NCBI RefSeq assembly: GCF_006345805.1
Contig: NW_021828251.1
Coordinates: 1 to 9,040, forward strand
Length of the DNA stretch: 9,040 bases
Source: Octopus sinensis
Lineage: Eukaryota
Direction of reading: 5' to 3'
How positions within the stretch are numbered: the first letter of the stretch is position 1; each line of letters starts with the position of its first letter. Below are positions 7,537-9,040 of the stretch, in pieces. A model generated the notes under the pieces. The model saw only the letters and a list, made by a program, of their open reading frames with translations, was not told where the DNA came from and searched no databases. Made by a program: the position numbers and the translations under genes.

Positions 7537-7861
7537 TATCATCATCATCATCGTCATCACCCTCATCCTCATCGTCGTCATCGTCGTGTCTTCGTCGTCG
7601 TCATCATCATCGTCACCCATCATCATCATCATCATCATCATCCTCATCGTCGTCATCGTCGTGTCTTCGTCGTCGTCATCATCATCGTCACCCATCAACA
7701 TCATCATCATCATCATGATCATCGTCATCGTCGCCATCGTCGTGTCTTCGTCGTCGTCGTCATCATCATCATTGTCATCATCACCGTCATCATCATCATC
7801 ATCATCATCATCATAATCATCATCATTGTTGTCGTCATCATCATCATTGTCATTATCACCG

Positions 7862-7910
<49 letters not shown>

Positions 7911-8028
7911 TGTTGTCGTCATCATAGTCTTTCTCGTCATCGCTGTCGTCTTCATTATCATTGTCATCCTCGACACCGCCGTTGTCTTCAGGATTATCAT
8001 TGTCTTTCGTCCTCATCATCATCATCAT
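7138..8028. repeat. Long compound (TCA)/(TCG)n microsatellite with higher-order repeats, preceded by a short (GCA/GTG/GTA) tract
   Basis: Direct reading. The marker GTGTCTTC recurs at 7373, 7488, 7586, 7661 and 7742; GTCACCCA recurs at 7303, 7399, 7442, 7612 and 7687. Confidence 0.95.
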
Positions 8029-8325
8029 GACCAATATCCTTAAGAATGGTCTCTAATTTAGACACAAACCCAGAAGTGTTGTTGTATCTCGGGAGGGTCA
8101 TTATACCAGTAGTAATCACACCCTCCGGTTCTATTTCACTTCTTAATTTCATAAGTGCTTAACCATTATTAATGCTGGTATTTAACTGGTGATACTTGCA
8201 AATGCACCAATTACTATTGCTATCACTCCCGCTCCCTTCCACCACTTTCGTATTTCCCACTTTAAATCTTCATACTTGCTTACTTCTACTTTTTTCACAT
8301 TGATCCTGTTGCTACCGGAGCATGC

Positions 8326-8396
<71 letters not shown>

Positions 8397-8432
8397 GTTG
8401 TTGTTGTTTGTTATTATTATTATATCATCATT

Positions 8433-8500
<68 letters not shown>
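8326..8500. repeat. (ATT)n microsatellite, i.e. (TAA)n on the minus strand
   Basis: Direct reading; short (GTT)n interruption near 8395-8410. Confidence 0.97.
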
Positions 8501-8501
<1 letters not shown>

Positions 8502-8502
<1 letters not shown>

Positions 8503-9036
8503 GATTGAGTGAGAGAGCGTTCATGCCATCAAAGTGACACTGGGGTAAAATATACGAAGCCCAATATACCCATCATGACTACCCGTCTGATAAGGTACAC
8601 CAGGCACATGCATCACAACTATATGTGTGCGCGACATGGTGATCTCATATCAAGATAACAGCACATGACCTTGCAGGTGGGGCCCGTTGAATTTTCTTCA
8701 GGTTGAGTAGCCCATCCCGCCTCAAACGGTCCCTGAATAAGGGTTGTTTAAGGATGTTGAAAGAACCAGCCATGTTTCCAGAGGTGAACTATTCAAACCC
8801 CAAAGAATCCCTCTCAACACATGGCTATGATGCTCCCCCACTACTTCTGCTCGTGATCAGAGATTCACATATCGTCAGCCACTAAGGGACATGCTCAACT
8901 GGTTAAGGTCAAACAACTGACAAGCAAAACGTGGGTATTGAGCAGAATATTGCTGTAGCCCATCTTTTATACCAGACAAAACAATGTACATGATAACACT
9001 TCCAATCAATTAAGATCAGAAGCCATGAGAGCCACT
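8502..9036 (-). mobile_element. Putative non-coding retroposon (SINE-like element or long 3' UTR) ending in a structured 3' end plus (TAA)n
   Basis: A complex-sequence block with a sharp boundary against the microsatellite. There is no minus-strand ORF in the track and I saw no RT/RLE motif. The minus-strand 3' region GGTGT-ACCTTATCAGACGGGTAGTCA matches the copy 1 3' UTR GGTGTTACCTTAGTTTACTGGTAGTGA at 20/27 columns. The 5' boundary is at or beyond the window edge. Confidence 0.6.
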
Positions 9037-9040
9037 TATA

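Noticed and set aside
6301-8034. Poly-His, poly-Met, poly-Ser and poly-Asp ORFs, including an Asp-rich 184-aa ORF reminiscent of acidic biomineralisation proteins
   Set aside because: These are reading frames of (TGA)/(TCA)n. Homopolymer identity switches at single-base indels, and there is no signal peptide or unique domain.
8703-8885. 60-aa plus-strand ORF in the terminal element
   Set aside because: Threshold length, non-ATG start, no motif, and antisense to the orientation implied by the hairpin wobble pairs and the (TAA)n tail.

Overview
Repeat-dense eukaryotic (animal) non-coding DNA with no intact host gene. The mix of (TA)n, (TACA)n, (TAA)n and (TGA)n microsatellites and LINE relics suggests a coleoid cephalopod such as Octopus, but this is inference only. 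The window resolves into a nested structure. (1) Two different 5'-truncated non-LTR retrotransposons with a restriction-like endonuclease (R4/Dong-like) lie head-to-tail, each ending in (TAA)n. (2) The second is split, in frame, by a 3.4-kb hAT-like DNA transposon (2711-6118; 8-bp TSD, imperfect TIRs). (3) The interior of that transposon is a same-strand patchwork: a transposase N-terminal relic, CR1-type endonuclease and RT relics, a 52-bp minisatellite and the 3' half of a mariner. (4) An inverted relic of the same hAT end lies at about 1730-1795. (5) At the right end, a non-coding minus-strand element terminates in (TAA)n. It carries a long hairpin/pseudoknot that resembles the 3' UTRs of the two R4/Dong-like copies, so it is a candidate non-autonomous partner. 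Family calls rest on manual translation and motif recognition, not database searches. Most ORFs in the track are microsatellite artefacts.
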